A stretch of DNA of 64,000 nucleotides from a bacterium (GTDB lineage: Bacteria > Zhuqueibacterota > Zhuqueibacteria > Oceanimicrobiales > Oceanimicrobiaceae). The DNA is taken from NCBI GenBank assembly GCA_046758365.1, contig JBHIAC010000002.1:3836-67835 (forward strand), given 5' to 3'. The translations under genes and the position numbers were made by a program. The notes beneath the pieces were generated by a model, which searched no databases, had not been told where the DNA came from, and saw nothing but the letters and a program-made list of their open reading frames with translations. Of this stretch, positions 41,737 through 52,604 are shown piece by piece (position 1 is the stretch's first letter; each line of letters begins with the position of its first letter).

Positions 41737-44700
41737 CTATGATTCCGTTACTTTCCCCAAACCAGTGCGCATAGCCAGAGCCTTTGCCCAAATGCGGGAA
41801 ATCCAATGAACGAGATCATCTAGCATGACATACACAATTGGCATGAGGAAAAGCGTCAGCGGTGTACTGGTTAACAGTCCGCCGACAACTGCTAAACCAA
41901 CAGGTGAGTACATGGCGGCGCGTCCTTCCTGTGGGCCAAAAATGCCAGGAAACATGGCTGGAATAACCAACGGCATAAGACCAATTATAGTGGTTAGGGT
42001 AGTCATTAAAATTGGCCGTAGACGATTCCGACCTCCAATTCGGATGGCCTCACTGCGAGGCAGCCCTTTGCGCCGCAATTTGTTGATGGCATCTATCAGG
42101 ATGATGCCGTTATTTACCACCAGCCCACATACAACAATAATTCCTAAATAAGCCATATTTGTTAAATTCGTATTCGTCGCCCAGAACATAAAGAGCACGC
42201 CAATGATGGCAAAAGGGACCGTGAATAAAATAGTGAAAGGATGTATCAAGGATTCAAATAGCGAAGCCATAACGATATAAACCAATATAAGTGCAATGAT
42301 AATCGCAAAAGATGATTCAGACTCCATTTGTCGCATCAGCATCCAGTTACGGCCTAAACTCCAGGCGTACCCCGGGGGTAGTTTAATAGAGGCCATGCGG
42401 GCACTAATTTCCTGACTCACGCTCCACATCCCGCTTCGGTCTGTGTTAGCAAATACTGAAATCGTGGTTTGTCGGTCTTCCCGCTTAATAGACTCTGGGC
42501 CTTTGCGTAGATTAAAATTAGCCACTGACCCTAGCTGAACCATTTCATCCCGACTGTTTTGGAAGGCCATATTTTCTAACTGCTGCAGACTCATCCGATC
42601 TTCTTCCGCTAATTGCACAAGAATATCCACCTCTTTGTCCTGGGTTTTAAATCGCGAGTTTGCTCGACTGCTCAAAGCAGAGGCCACTGATCTGGCCACT
42701 TGTTGCGCAGAAAGGCCATACTTTTGTGCTCGTACTCGATCCACGCTGATGCGGACTTCTTCATCACCTCTTTCCATGGATGTGTCAATGTCTTTGATTC
42801 CCGGGACATCCTGGAGAAGAGTTTTAATTTCTTCGGCATAGGTCGCCAGAATTGCGGCGTTTTTACCCTTCAATTCAACGCTCACACCCATCTCATTACC
42901 CCCATGACCGTGCATACGACCAACTTTGAACTGCACACCAGGAATCTCTGGTAGCACGGCACGAACATCATCGTATAATTCGGTGGTGTTCTTTTTAGCC
43001 TGCTCTTCAGGGGTAAAATAAACGGTCAATCGGCCACGGTTTTTTCTGAAGTTGCTGGCGACTTGATAAATTTCTAAACTGTCTTTTTTAGCCAGGAGGA
43101 TAGATTCCACGGTATCATAAAGTGCTTGTACTTCCTCTATTGAAAAACTTCGCGGCATTTCCACATTCAAATCCATTCGGCGTTCGGGTGTGCGTGGTAT
43201 CCAATCGCGATCAATACTCCCGTAGAGTTTCCAGGCACCCCAGCCAATTGCAAAGAAAACCAGCAGGGCTGCAAAGCGATATTTGATTACCTTTTGGATA
43301 CTGAGGCCATAAGCATCGCCCATACGAACTAAAAAGTGAGCTCGCGGCTTTTCTTTACCAGTAAAGATGTGTGATGCTGCTAATGGGATCAAAGTAAGGC
43401 TGATTATCAAGCTTGCCAGAGTTGCGGTAACAATAGCAACGCCAAAGTCATTCATAAAACGCCCCATACCTGAATTAGACATAAAAACGAGCGGTACAAA
43501 AACAATAACGGTGGTAAACGTAGCTGAAATTACTGCGACCGAGACTTCCTGCGCTCCAACAATAGCTGCTTTGCGGGCCTCCAATCCCTCCTCCTGTTTA
43601 TGGCGGAAAATGTTTTCCAATACCACAACCGCCGGATCTACCAACATGCCAACGGCAAACATGAGACCGGAGAGAGATACTAGGTTCAAAGTAATCTGGG
43701 AGTTGAATGGGACAAGTCGTAAAATATACATGAGTAAAAACGTGGTAATCACCGAAATCGGGATCGCAACTCCAATGATTACTGTACTGCGAATCTTACG
43801 TAAAAACAGGAATAGCATTAATGTTGCTAATAAAGCTCCAAAAAGTCCCGCCCAGGTCAGATTTTTCAAGCTATCCAAAATGTCCTCCGATTGATCACGA
43901 AATATCTGCATATTGAGACGGCTAAACTCGGGCTCGCTCTGTAATCTCTTTAACAATTTTTTGACACTCTGGGCGACATCTACCACGTTGGCCGTAGAAG
44001 ATTTGTAAACACTGAGCACAACCGCATCATGTCGGTTCAGATGCTGAAAACTCTTTTTTTCCGGGTAATCAAACTTGACCTCGGCCACATCTCTTAACAC
44101 GAGATTTGTGTTTTCAATGGGGACTTGCGAAATCTCCTCGATGGTCTGAAACTCACCCATTGTGCGAACTGTGTATTTGCGTCCGGCATCAATGACGTAC
44201 CCTCCAGCAATGTTGATGTTATTGGAACGCAGACTTCGGGATAAATTATAGACATCGATATGGTGCGCTCGCATGCGCTCCAAATCGAGTTCAACCAGCA
44301 CCTGACGTTCGTCCATTCCGCCAATTTCTACATTTGCTACGCCATCGACACGCTGAATTCTGGGTACAATGATTTTATTTACCAGATCGTACAACTCATC
44401 GTTTGGACCCCCCCAGGCCAGGCTGAATTGTAAAATCGGTATATCGGTTGTTTGCCAGCGCCGAATTTGAATGCGATCTACATCATCAGGTAGTTGCGGA
44501 CGAACCCGGTCCAGACGATCGCGCACTTCCACCGAAGCTAAACCCATATCTGTACCATCCAAAAATTCCAGACGAATGCTGCTGTTGTTTGCGGAGGAAG
44601 TTGAGCTAATTTCATCAAGATTTGAAACCGTCCCCATGATTTCTTCAATTGGACGAGTGATAAGACTTTCAACTTCCTGAGGAGAAGAAGAAACATAAGG

Positions 44701-44847
44701 AACAGATATTCTCAAATGAGATGAGGAAAAATCTGGTAGAAACGTGAGCGGTAGCCGCTGCAATGCTAAAGCCCCGAGGACGATGATGCTCAAGATTGCC
44801 ATGAGCATGGTAATAGGCTTTTTTACTGAAAATTCAGATATATTCAT
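41737..44847 (-). CDS. RND efflux permease, second subunit of a probable heteromeric pair
   Basis: MNISEFSVKKP, GMLVDPAVVVLEN, RLRPILMT. Confidence 0.95.
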   Translation of the reverse strand: MNISEFSVKKPITMLMAILSIIVLGALALQRLPLTFLPDFSSSHLRISVPYVSSSPQEVESLITRPIEEIMGTVSNLDEISSTSSANNSSIRLEFLDGTDMGLASVEVRDRLDRVRPQLPDDVDRIQIRRWQTTDIPILQFSLAWGGPNDELYDLVNKIIVPRIQRVDGVANVEIGGMDERQVLVELDLERMRAHHIDVYNLSRSLRSNNINIAGGYVIDAGRKYTVRTMGEFQTIEEISQVPIENTNLVLRDVAEVKFDYPEKKSFQHLNRHDAVVLSVYKSSTANVVDVAQSVKKLLKRLQSEPEFSRLNMQIFRDQSEDILDSLKNLTWAGLFGALLATLMLFLFLRKIRSTVIIGVAIPISVITTFLLMYILRLVPFNSQITLNLVSLSGLMFAVGMLVDPAVVVLENIFRHKQEEGLEARKAAIVGAQEVSVAVISATFTTVIVFVPLVFMSNSGMGRFMNDFGVAIVTATLASLIISLTLIPLAASHIFTGKEKPRAHFLVRMGDAYGLSIQKVIKYRFAALLVFFAIGWGAWKLYGSIDRDWIPRTPERRMDLNVEMPRSFSIEEVQALYDTVESILLAKKDSLEIYQVASNFRKNRGRLTVYFTPEEQAKKNTTELYDDVRAVLPEIPGVQFKVGRMHGHGGNEMGVSVELKGKNAAILATYAEEIKTLLQDVPGIKDIDTSMERGDEEVRISVDRVRAQKYGLSAQQVARSVASALSSRANSRFKTQDKEVDILVQLAEEDRMSLQQLENMAFQNSRDEMVQLGSVANFNLRKGPESIKREDRQTTISVFANTDRSGMWSVSQEISARMASIKLPPGYAWSLGRNWMLMRQMESESSFAIIIALILVYIVMASLFESLIHPFTILFTVPFAIIGVLFMFWATNTNLTNMAYLGIIVVCGLVVNNGIILIDAINKLRRKGLPRSEAIRIGGRNRLRPILMTTLTTIIGLMPLVIPAMFPGIFGPQEGRAAMYSPVGLAVVGGLLTSTPLTLFLMPIVYVMLDDLVHWISRIWAKALAMRTGLGKVTES

Positions 44848-45056
44848 ATTTCTCCATTGGTATTATGATTTTTAAGAAATATTTTGACTTTCTCATCAAT
44901 ACCTTGATTCTCTTCGAGCTTCTGCGACAATACAGGATTAACTAAAAAACTTATACTTAGAAATAAAGAAATAATCAGGAAATTAAAGTTAATTTCTTTT
45001 TTCATTTTAATCTCCAATCGAACTATCAGTTTTCAACTTGCTTAAGACTAGCATAG

Positions 45057-47369
45057 TTACTTACGCCAGAAGAACGTAGCTTTTAACATAAACGTTCGAT
45101 TGCTGATCTCATCGTTCCCTGGTCCTATCAGTCGTCCATCGTTGTAAACTAAATATAGATTACTTGTCGGTGAATAGATCCATCTCAACAGAAAGTTGGC
45201 GATGATTTTCTCTTTACCGTCGTAATTAAGTCTGTCGTCATTCCATTGAACATAAGCCTTAAAATAAAGCTCTGTAGAAAAAAAGTAAAACATTCGAAGT
45301 CCGAGTGTATTGGTCCGGAAACTACCCTCTGGAAGATCTACAAAATTATGATTGTAGTCTATCTCAATCCTCAGCGGGGTGATGTTAGTCACGCTTCCTC
45401 CAAAACCAAAGCGCATGTTACGACCTGTATAGTAATTTCCATAATTTAAGTTGATCCGACCTGCAACGGTACGGCTCTCGTCGCTGTTTGTGCGAATGTA
45501 GGATTCGTAACCAGAGTAAGTCCCTATGGGAATGAGGAATCCTTCGCGTACCTCCCAATCCTCATCGATGAACTCATTTTCTCTTTTAACCCCGATGGTG
45601 AAGCGCGCACTGTTCTGGAAGCGAATTCCGAATGAGGCATTGATCGCACTATCTAACATTCTATTGCTATGATCTGTACGATAATTACCTTCTAACTTGT
45701 AAGTGAATTGACGGATAACCGGCGATTTTTTAGGTCGCGGAGAAAATTCCACCGAAGCTTTGTTGAGACGATAGTCCGTGCGGCGGATAAATCCCATTTC
45801 CGGATTGAATTGCGCCCCCACGTCTTGGTACGATGCCGAGAATTCCCAGAGATCGCTATCGTATCTCAGACTGAGCTTACCAGCTAAATTTTGCTTGTTC
45901 ATATTGATGATTTTTCCATCTTCCTCTTCATTAGGACCGAAGGTACCCGCAAAATAGCCGGAGATAGTGAAATAATCAGTTAACGGCAGGTTAATGTCGA
46001 GTCCCATTGATCGATTATAGCCCGACGAATGTATTTCTTCCTTATTGAGTAACATCAAACCTATCGTACCGCGCTTGAGAATGTCTCGACGCATCCTGAG
46101 TACCGAAAAATTGGCAGAGCTGACTTTGGTTGTTTCATCATCTTCTTCAATGGTTACTTTATCAGTCAATATATTCATCACACCGACCTGATACCGCCCT
46201 ATTTTGCCGACCATTTTGGCTCCGCCAAGTATGGGTGTTTCGAGTCCATTGACAAGGCCAAGCCTACGGCTATAAAAAAGATTCAAATCAGCGCCTCTGC
46301 CGTGCCAGTAACGACGCCCACTACCACCGAATGAGAAGACCTCAGCACCTTCAAGAAAAAACTCACGCTTTTCAGGATAGTAAAGGGAGAATCGAGTCAG
46401 GTTGACCTGTTCTTGGTCGGCTTCTACCTGGGCAAAATCAGTGTTCACGGTGAGATCTAAAGCTAAGTTAGGAGTTAATGCCACTCTGGCATCTACACCG
46501 GTGTCATTCATTCGATCGGTGGCGAAATCTGTATTCAAGTCGTTTTCCAAACCGCCTAAAAAATAGGGCCTGAGTTCCAGGTTACCGCCCATTCGTAGAT
46601 CGGTCATGCCGTGCAGCGTACCCGCCTCAGAAAGACGAAACAACCCAAAATATCCAAAATCGCGAGGAATGAGTTGCCAAAATACGTGTTCATTCTTTCG
46701 ACGTACCATGCGAGCGAAGTTAATGCCCCAGACTGCTGAGTCTTCCACATTGAATCGTAATGTTTTCCAGGGTATAGCAATCTCGGCAAACCAGCCATCA
46801 GTGGTAATCCGGGCCTTACACCACCAGACACCTTCCCAGGCAGAATTAAAGTCACGTCCCTCATTTGCTATAACCGCATCACGTTTAGCTCCATTTGGAT
46901 TGGTGACGAAATAATAACCGCTGCGGTGATCGTGGTAGGTATCAAGAATCAACGCAAAGAAGTCATCATCATTCATGCGAGCGTCACGCCGCATTTCCCG
47001 GGCGATAATCTTGTCCGGTTCGGAATCGTAACACTTGAGGCCAAAGTAAAGATTTTGCTCGTCATAAAGCACTCCCACTTCAGTCTTTTCGGTCGCTGGT
47101 GTCCCTTCTTCGGGTTCGCGTTGTGTAAAGTGCTCTTGAAATTGGGCGGTTTCCCAGGCCGGATCGTTCAAGTAACCGTCGATGTCTGGCTTATGTTCCG
47201 TACGTACAGCGGTGATAAAGCGCTTGCCATCCTTGTCGATAAGCACACCGTTCTTGCTATCACCATTTTTTTCGGAATCGATACTCCAGACTCTGCCGGT
47301 CAAAACCATCAGAGACATGACAAAGAGTGTCTGACGAAAAACATTTTTATAACACTGAATTCGCATCAT
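45057..47369 (-). CDS. CBM9-like sugar-binding domain plus DUF5916 predicted outer-membrane barrel
   Basis: PDIDGYLNDPAW, LDTYHD, AEIAIPWKTLRF, TVNTDFAQVEAD, EKREFFLEG, LFYSRR. Confidence 0.85.
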   Translation of the reverse strand: MMRIQCYKNVFRQTLFVMSLMVLTGRVWSIDSEKNGDSKNGVLIDKDGKRFITAVRTEHKPDIDGYLNDPAWETAQFQEHFTQREPEEGTPATEKTEVGVLYDEQNLYFGLKCYDSEPDKIIAREMRRDARMNDDDFFALILDTYHDHRSGYYFVTNPNGAKRDAVIANEGRDFNSAWEGVWWCKARITTDGWFAEIAIPWKTLRFNVEDSAVWGINFARMVRRKNEHVFWQLIPRDFGYFGLFRLSEAGTLHGMTDLRMGGNLELRPYFLGGLENDLNTDFATDRMNDTGVDARVALTPNLALDLTVNTDFAQVEADQEQVNLTRFSLYYPEKREFFLEGAEVFSFGGSGRRYWHGRGADLNLFYSRRLGLVNGLETPILGGAKMVGKIGRYQVGVMNILTDKVTIEEDDETTKVSSANFSVLRMRRDILKRGTIGLMLLNKEEIHSSGYNRSMGLDINLPLTDYFTISGYFAGTFGPNEEEDGKIINMNKQNLAGKLSLRYDSDLWEFSASYQDVGAQFNPEMGFIRRTDYRLNKASVEFSPRPKKSPVIRQFTYKLEGNYRTDHSNRMLDSAINASFGIRFQNSARFTIGVKRENEFIDEDWEVREGFLIPIGTYSGYESYIRTNSDESRTVAGRINLNYGNYYTGRNMRFGFGGSVTNITPLRIEIDYNHNFVDLPEGSFRTNTLGLRMFYFFSTELYFKAYVQWNDDRLNYDGKEKIIANFLLRWIYSPTSNLYLVYNDGRLIGPGNDEISNRTFMLKATFFWRK

Positions 47370-47477
47370 ACGTTTGTGGATAACCCTTTCTCTAATCTGT
47401 TCAAATAATGTAATTTAAGCTTTGCAATACCTTCTTTTTACAATTTACTCATTATTCTTGTTTTCTATATAGGAACC

Positions 47478-48848
47478 CTATTGCATCTCCCGCATCTTCT
47501 GAAACATCTCCCGAAAGAAAGCCATCTTTTTCTGGGGGTTGTTTTTCATATCTGGGTCTTCTTTAAGACGCTTTTCGTACTCTTTCCGCACAGCGGGGAT
47601 TTGTAGTAAGCGATCTTCCATCCGTTTCAAGCGTTCGAGATCAGGCGTGCCGTGAGCGCCCATGCGCCTGGATTGTCTTCTCTGACCAGACCTATTGGCC
47701 GCCAGTTCTGTAGCTGCGGTAGTATCCTTGGTGCTGCGAGTCAAGGTCTGATCCTGATCAGGAATTCTGATGGGTAAACCTTCTCTTAAGCCTTCCTGAC
47801 CTACCGTCACCACTAGATCGCCTTCTTTTAATCCAGAGAGGACTTCTACGTTATCGCCGGAGGTAAAGCCAAGTTTCAAGTTGGCCTTATGGGCGTTGCC
47901 ATTTTCGTACACATAAACCTGATCCGCTTCGCTTTCCAAGACCAGGGCTTTTTTGGGTATTATTAAAGTATTTTTATGGGTTTCAGTAGAAATGAACACG
48001 GAGGCAAACATGCCAGGTTTGAGTTTACCTTGATCATCCTTTATATCGATCGTTACCTTGGCCGTGCCACTGGTAGGATCCACAACCGGGCTAATCATTT
48101 TTACTACTCCTGAAAACTCTAAGCCAGGTTCGGATTCGATAGTAATCTTAGCCTGCTGGCCTTCAAAAATCCGCCCCATATCTTTTTCCGGTACATAGAT
48201 CTTGGCTCGCAGCGGATTAAAATCCGCGACTTGAAACAGGGCATCATTAACATTTACTCGCTGTCCAAGTTCAATATTGCGGGCCGTAACCACGCCGTCA
48301 ATAGGAGAACGTACGCTGGTGTATTCCAACTTAAGGCGGGCAGCTTCATAGGATGCCTTGGAACTCTCATACTGCAGCCGGGTTGTTTCATAATTCTCTT
48401 CAGCGATAAGGTTTTTTTCCAGCATCTTTTTTGCCCGTTCAAAAGTCGCTTTGTCGGTTTCCATGCCAACTTTGGCCTGCAAAAATTCGATTTGTAATTC
48501 AGCTTCATCCAACTGGGCCAGCAAATCACCCTTTTTGACCTTAACGCCTTCTTCGGCAGGTAATTTTACTACCTGGCCTGCTACTTTTGTTATTATGTCC
48601 ACCTGCCTTTCTGCCTCAATGGTAGTGGTCTGTAAAAGAAACATTGAAATATCACCCCTTTTTACCGACGCCACCTGCACGGGGATAGCGGCAGACATCT
48701 GAGAGGTTCTATTATCTGACATCCCCCGAGCCCCTTGTCCGAAGTTATGGCTGTTGGCGTCATCTTTTCCACATCCAAGAAGTGCTAAACTCATTGTCAA
48801 AAATAAACCAGTAAGTTTTATGCAATATTTATTAAAAAAATTACGCAT
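47478..48848 (-). CDS. RND periplasmic adaptor (membrane fusion protein)
   Basis: Lipobox LLGC; EEGVKVKKGDLLAQLD; VRSPIDG; LKPGMF. Confidence 0.93.
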   Translation of the reverse strand: MRNFFNKYCIKLTGLFLTMSLALLGCGKDDANSHNFGQGARGMSDNRTSQMSAAIPVQVASVKRGDISMFLLQTTTIEAERQVDIITKVAGQVVKLPAEEGVKVKKGDLLAQLDEAELQIEFLQAKVGMETDKATFERAKKMLEKNLIAEENYETTRLQYESSKASYEAARLKLEYTSVRSPIDGVVTARNIELGQRVNVNDALFQVADFNPLRAKIYVPEKDMGRIFEGQQAKITIESEPGLEFSGVVKMISPVVDPTSGTAKVTIDIKDDQGKLKPGMFASVFISTETHKNTLIIPKKALVLESEADQVYVYENGNAHKANLKLGFTSGDNVEVLSGLKEGDLVVTVGQEGLREGLPIRIPDQDQTLTRSTKDTTAATELAANRSGQRRQSRRMGAHGTPDLERLKRMEDRLLQIPAVRKEYEKRLKEDPDMKNNPQKKMAFFREMFQKMREMQ

Positions 48849-48931
48849 ACGTTTTCTCCCTTCTTCTTAGAACATAAAATATAATAAATAAAATAAAGAT
48901 AAATGCCATGTAAAGCCGTTGGGTTATTCAT

Positions 48932-49024
48932 TTATGACGTTGGTGCAAAAACAGAAAAATTTTAACTTTTATCCCGAACCAGTTAAGGTTTTTAGCAACC
49001 TACCTTTTTGTACCCACGTCATTT
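48932..49024. mobile_element. MITE-like element, copy B, inverted relative to copy A
   Basis: ATGACGTTGGTGCAAAA ... TTTTGTACCCACGTCAT. Confidence 0.65.
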
Positions 49025-49034
49025 ATTGTTTTAC

Positions 49035-50159
49035 CTAATGCATCGTTTCCAGACTCTCTGCCATCTCAGCTAATTCTGCCCGTGGTATTTCACCAAGGAT
49101 GTTATAGGCGATGTTATCCTGTTTTCCGCGGATAATGACAAATGGACCATGATGCTCAGCCTTTTTTAGGTACCCTTTCTCGTGTGATGGTTCACGTTCT
49201 TTTTCCCTCTTTTTTCTTTTACGCTTGTCCCCTTTCTTGTGTAATGGCTCACCATCCTCTTTACTTTGAAATAAGGAGATAAAGGTAAGGCCATCTCCAT
49301 ATAAAAAGTGTAAAAATGATTTTTCCTTCCTTTGAATGGATTTGATTTGGAGTAGGGTGAATCCATCAGGGACTTTTTTCGGGATAAGTACTTCACCTTT
49401 ATATGAAGTCATCAATTTAGTAAGGTCTGAATAAATTTTCGCTTTCCGTGTCTTTTTGATGAGTTTAGTTTCAGACCAGGCACGTGTAAATATTGTCGTA
49501 TCAGGTTCTTCATAAGAAATTTCTAAAAATTGACTTATTTCCGCAAGGCTGTCACTGGCAAATCCATCTTGTAAACGTTTGGTCTGTAGTAACAGACCAC
49601 TTTGTGTATCTACCAACGCTTGCAAAGCTGGTCGGCCCGGGTGTCGGGGTGTCACGTTGAGTGAAATCGTTGTTTGGTCTACAAATATTGGCCCGGGTGA
49701 GACAGTTACATGGTAATTCCGTCGTAATAAAGCGATTTCCTTAAAGATTTGACCATTTTTTAGCAAATCCTTAGGGGCACCATAACGAAACTTTTTTCTA
49801 ACGTGTCGGTTGCGGCGATATTTAACTTGATCGCCTTTGAGGACAAGCGTAGAATTGCGCAAGTCTTCTGGTGCAAGAAAAATGACCACGGTACGTTCTG
49901 GATGCCAGTGATATTCCTGCCAGCGTAATTCTAAGGCTTTACCCCTATGTCTAACAATGCGTATTTGCACTCCAGAATAGCTAACTCTTTCAGATACGCG
50001 GCTGATGCGCACTAGCAGACTATCGATAGCCACGGAATCCGCAGGAACCGTGAACGAGTGTAAAGCACTCTGTCCTACAACCGGTCTCCAAAGCGAGGTT
50101 CCAAGGAGAACCACAACAAAAATAGTTTGGTAAATGAATTGTAGTATGTGAAATAACAT
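49035..50159 (-). CDS. MucB/RseB-like periplasmic regulator
   Basis: SYSG, VDTQSGLLLQ, VPDGF, HFLYGDGLTFISLF, ILGEIP; follows anti-sigma gene. Confidence 0.8.
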   Translation of the reverse strand: MLFHILQFIYQTIFVVVLLGTSLWRPVVGQSALHSFTVPADSVAIDSLLVRISRVSERVSYSGVQIRIVRHRGKALELRWQEYHWHPERTVVIFLAPEDLRNSTLVLKGDQVKYRRNRHVRKKFRYGAPKDLLKNGQIFKEIALLRRNYHVTVSPGPIFVDQTTISLNVTPRHPGRPALQALVDTQSGLLLQTKRLQDGFASDSLAEISQFLEISYEEPDTTIFTRAWSETKLIKKTRKAKIYSDLTKLMTSYKGEVLIPKKVPDGFTLLQIKSIQRKEKSFLHFLYGDGLTFISLFQSKEDGEPLHKKGDKRKRKKREKEREPSHEKGYLKKAEHHGPFVIIRGKQDNIAYNILGEIPRAELAEMAESLETMH

Positions 50160-50659
50160 TATTCTTGTTCTGTCGTAGTTACAAGGTTCGCGTACTGGGT
50201 ATTGCTTTGAAAAATTCCACTATCCATAGCCATGGTATGTTCTTCCAGTAAAATTTCAATATCGTTTCTGGTTTGTACGTTGGTGGCTTCTGGTGTATTC
50301 GGCTTGGTTAGTCGAAGAACAATGACCAGACTTGCAGTGATCAAAGCGCCTGTGATAAATACCCGCTCCCAACGTAACGCCTTGATAATATCTGATAAAA
50401 TATACCAAAAAGATGGTTGGGCAGATTTATTTCGCGGAGCAATTTTCTCAACAATGCGATGTGTAAGTAAAGTTTCTGCCCGGGACGAAAGTTTGGGTAT
50501 TGGGGCTTTTCGAGCAGCATTTTGCAAATTCAACATGTGTGTGTGAATCAGACGACAGCTTTCACAGCTTTGTCTATGCCTTTCGGCAGCAGCAGGCAAT
50601 GTCTCTACGCTGTTATCTAACATGGTTTGCAAGTTCTCAATAAATTGTTGACACTTCAT
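50159..50659 (-). CDS. Zinc-binding (ZAS) single-TM anti-sigma factor
   Basis: MKC...HRQSCESC (HxxxCxxC); one TM. Confidence 0.8.
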   Translation of the reverse strand: MKCQQFIENLQTMLDNSVETLPAAAERHRQSCESCRLIHTHMLNLQNAARKAPIPKLSSRAETLLTHRIVEKIAPRNKSAQPSFWYILSDIIKALRWERVFITGALITASLVIVLRLTKPNTPEATNVQTRNDIEILLEEHTMAMDSGIFQSNTQYANLVTTTEQE

Positions 50660-50673
50660 GGCACACTCCTAAT

Positions 50674-51255
50674 TTAAAGATAATCAAGCAATTGTTTACG
50701 CAATGAAAGGCGTGCATGGTGCAAGCGCGAGGTAACCGTGCCCTCTGGTATGTCTAGCATGGCCGCGATTTCCTTGGTTTTGTACTCTTCCATTTCAAAT
50801 AAAATAAATACGAGGCGTTGTCGCTTTGGAAGTTTAGCTATTGCACGTAAAAGCATCGTTTGTAATTCCAATTTTTGTAACTCATCTTCCGGTGTTGTGC
50901 TATCCAGGTCTTCAAAAAATTCTGATCTTATTGGTTTATCCTGAGAGCGCCAAAAATAATTTTTTGCCCGTCTTAGACCTCGACGAAAATTCGAAAGTCG
51001 ATTCAAAAGAATACGTGTCAGCCAGGTGGAAAACTGATACGCAAAATTAAATGTTGGCAGTCCTTGATAAGCGGCCATAAAAGTATCTTGAACTATATCT
51101 GCGGCGTCTTCTGGTGAAAGGCCGTAGCGTCTGGCAATGCGATAGCAGTGTGGCATATGTCGTGTGATAAGTGAATCAAAAGCCTTCCTTTCGCCTGCTA
51201 AGGCCTGCTCTACCAAAGCCGTATCGTCCAAGGATAGTGCATTATCCTTTTTCAT
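50674..51255 (-). CDS. ECF sigma factor
   Basis: DAADIVQDTF, FSTWLTRI, EIAAMLDIPEGTVTSRLHHAR. Confidence 0.95.
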   Translation of the reverse strand: MKKDNALSLDDTALVEQALAGERKAFDSLITRHMPHCYRIARRYGLSPEDAADIVQDTFMAAYQGLPTFNFAYQFSTWLTRILLNRLSNFRRGLRRAKNYFWRSQDKPIRSEFFEDLDSTTPEDELQKLELQTMLLRAIAKLPKRQRLVFILFEMEEYKTKEIAAMLDIPEGTVTSRLHHARLSLRKQLLDYL

Positions 51256-51431
51256 ATAGTATTATACACCGAAAATGGGTTTTTCATCAATAATTTTTTT
51301 TAAAAAAATCAATAAGGTTCTTTCTTGATTGATTTTTGAGAAAATTACTATAAATTTCTCTTGCTTTTTTGCAGTATTATTATTAACCAAGTTTATGTAA
51401 TAAATGATTCAATTAATGAGGGAGGAAATTT

Positions 51432-52604
51432 ATGCCGAAATTTCCCAATTTTTCCCAGCGAGTTCTCCAAATCACTGGCTCTGTTTTTGAAAAATTCCAT
51501 GCGAAGATGGTAGCGCAAGGAGATAATTTAATCAAGCTGCACATCGGGGATACCTACCTGTCGCCGAAATATCCTCTGCCCGTGGATTCTGCTGTTATTG
51601 AAAAACACTGTGATTTCAATCGTTACTGCAATACCTTTGGTGTGGACCTTTTACGGGATGTTCTAGTGGCAAAACTGCAAACAGATAATAATCTGCGAGT
51701 GGGAAAAGACCATGTTTTAATTACCAACGGCGCTACTAATGCGCTCAGTATTAGTGTCAAGAGTTTAGTAGACCCAGGTGAAGACGTTTTGATTCTTACC
51801 CCCGCTTGGCCATTTTTCTTCGGCATGGTAAAAGTGGCTGGTGGCAAGAACCTCGAAGTGCCACTTTATGTACGGCTTTATGAAGCACCACAATTGGATA
51901 TACAGGATTATCTTAGCCAATTTCTTACACCCAAAACCGTAGCATTGTATCTTAATACCCCCAACAATCCAAGTGGTAAGGTACTCAATCAGGAACAGTT
52001 GCAGCAAATTGCCGAATTTGCTAGAAAGCACCAACTGTGGATCATTTCCGATGAAGCGTATGATGGTCTAACATTCGATAATCGTCCTCATATTTCTATT
52101 GCCAGTTTGCCCGTGATGTTTGAGCAAACGCTCAGCGTTTTCACCTTCTCCAAAAGTTTTATGTTTGCAGGATTGCGGTTAGGTTATATCGTTGCAAACA
52201 AAATGACTGTGAAGAATCTCAACAAAATCATGGTGCATCAGCTCTACAGTCCTTCTACTCTTGCCCAGTACATGATGGTTGAACCTGTCAAGACCCGCCA
52301 GCAATGGATACATTCGGTGCAAAAACATTATCAAGACCTGCGTGATTTATTCGTAGAGAATTTAAAAATTGATGTTTGGAAACCAGAGGGCGCCTACTTT
52401 GTGTTTTTTTCTGCAACAAAATATTTGAAAGGTCGAGATTATTGGGAGCTCATCGAGACTTGTCTTGATGAAGGAGTTTCCGTAGCCCCCGGTGATAGTT
52501 TTGGTAAGGACTTTATCCAATATATCCGACTTTGTTTTACTGGGGAATCTCCAGAAAGACTCATTCAGGGGATTGAGCGGTTGAATAAGATATTTTTATC
52601 TTGA
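51432..52604 (+). CDS. PLP-dependent aminotransferase class I/II
   Basis: NTPNNPSG, DEAY, FSKSFMFAGLRLGY, YIRLCF. Confidence 0.93.
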   Translation: MPKFPNFSQRVLQITGSVFEKFHAKMVAQGDNLIKLHIGDTYLSPKYPLPVDSAVIEKHCDFNRYCNTFGVDLLRDVLVAKLQTDNNLRVGKDHVLITNGATNALSISVKSLVDPGEDVLILTPAWPFFFGMVKVAGGKNLEVPLYVRLYEAPQLDIQDYLSQFLTPKTVALYLNTPNNPSGKVLNQEQLQQIAEFARKHQLWIISDEAYDGLTFDNRPHISIASLPVMFEQTLSVFTFSKSFMFAGLRLGYIVANKMTVKNLNKIMVHQLYSPSTLAQYMMVEPVKTRQQWIHSVQKHYQDLRDLFVENLKIDVWKPEGAYFVFFSATKYLKGRDYWELIETCLDEGVSVAPGDSFGKDFIQYIRLCFTGESPERLIQGIERLNKIFLS

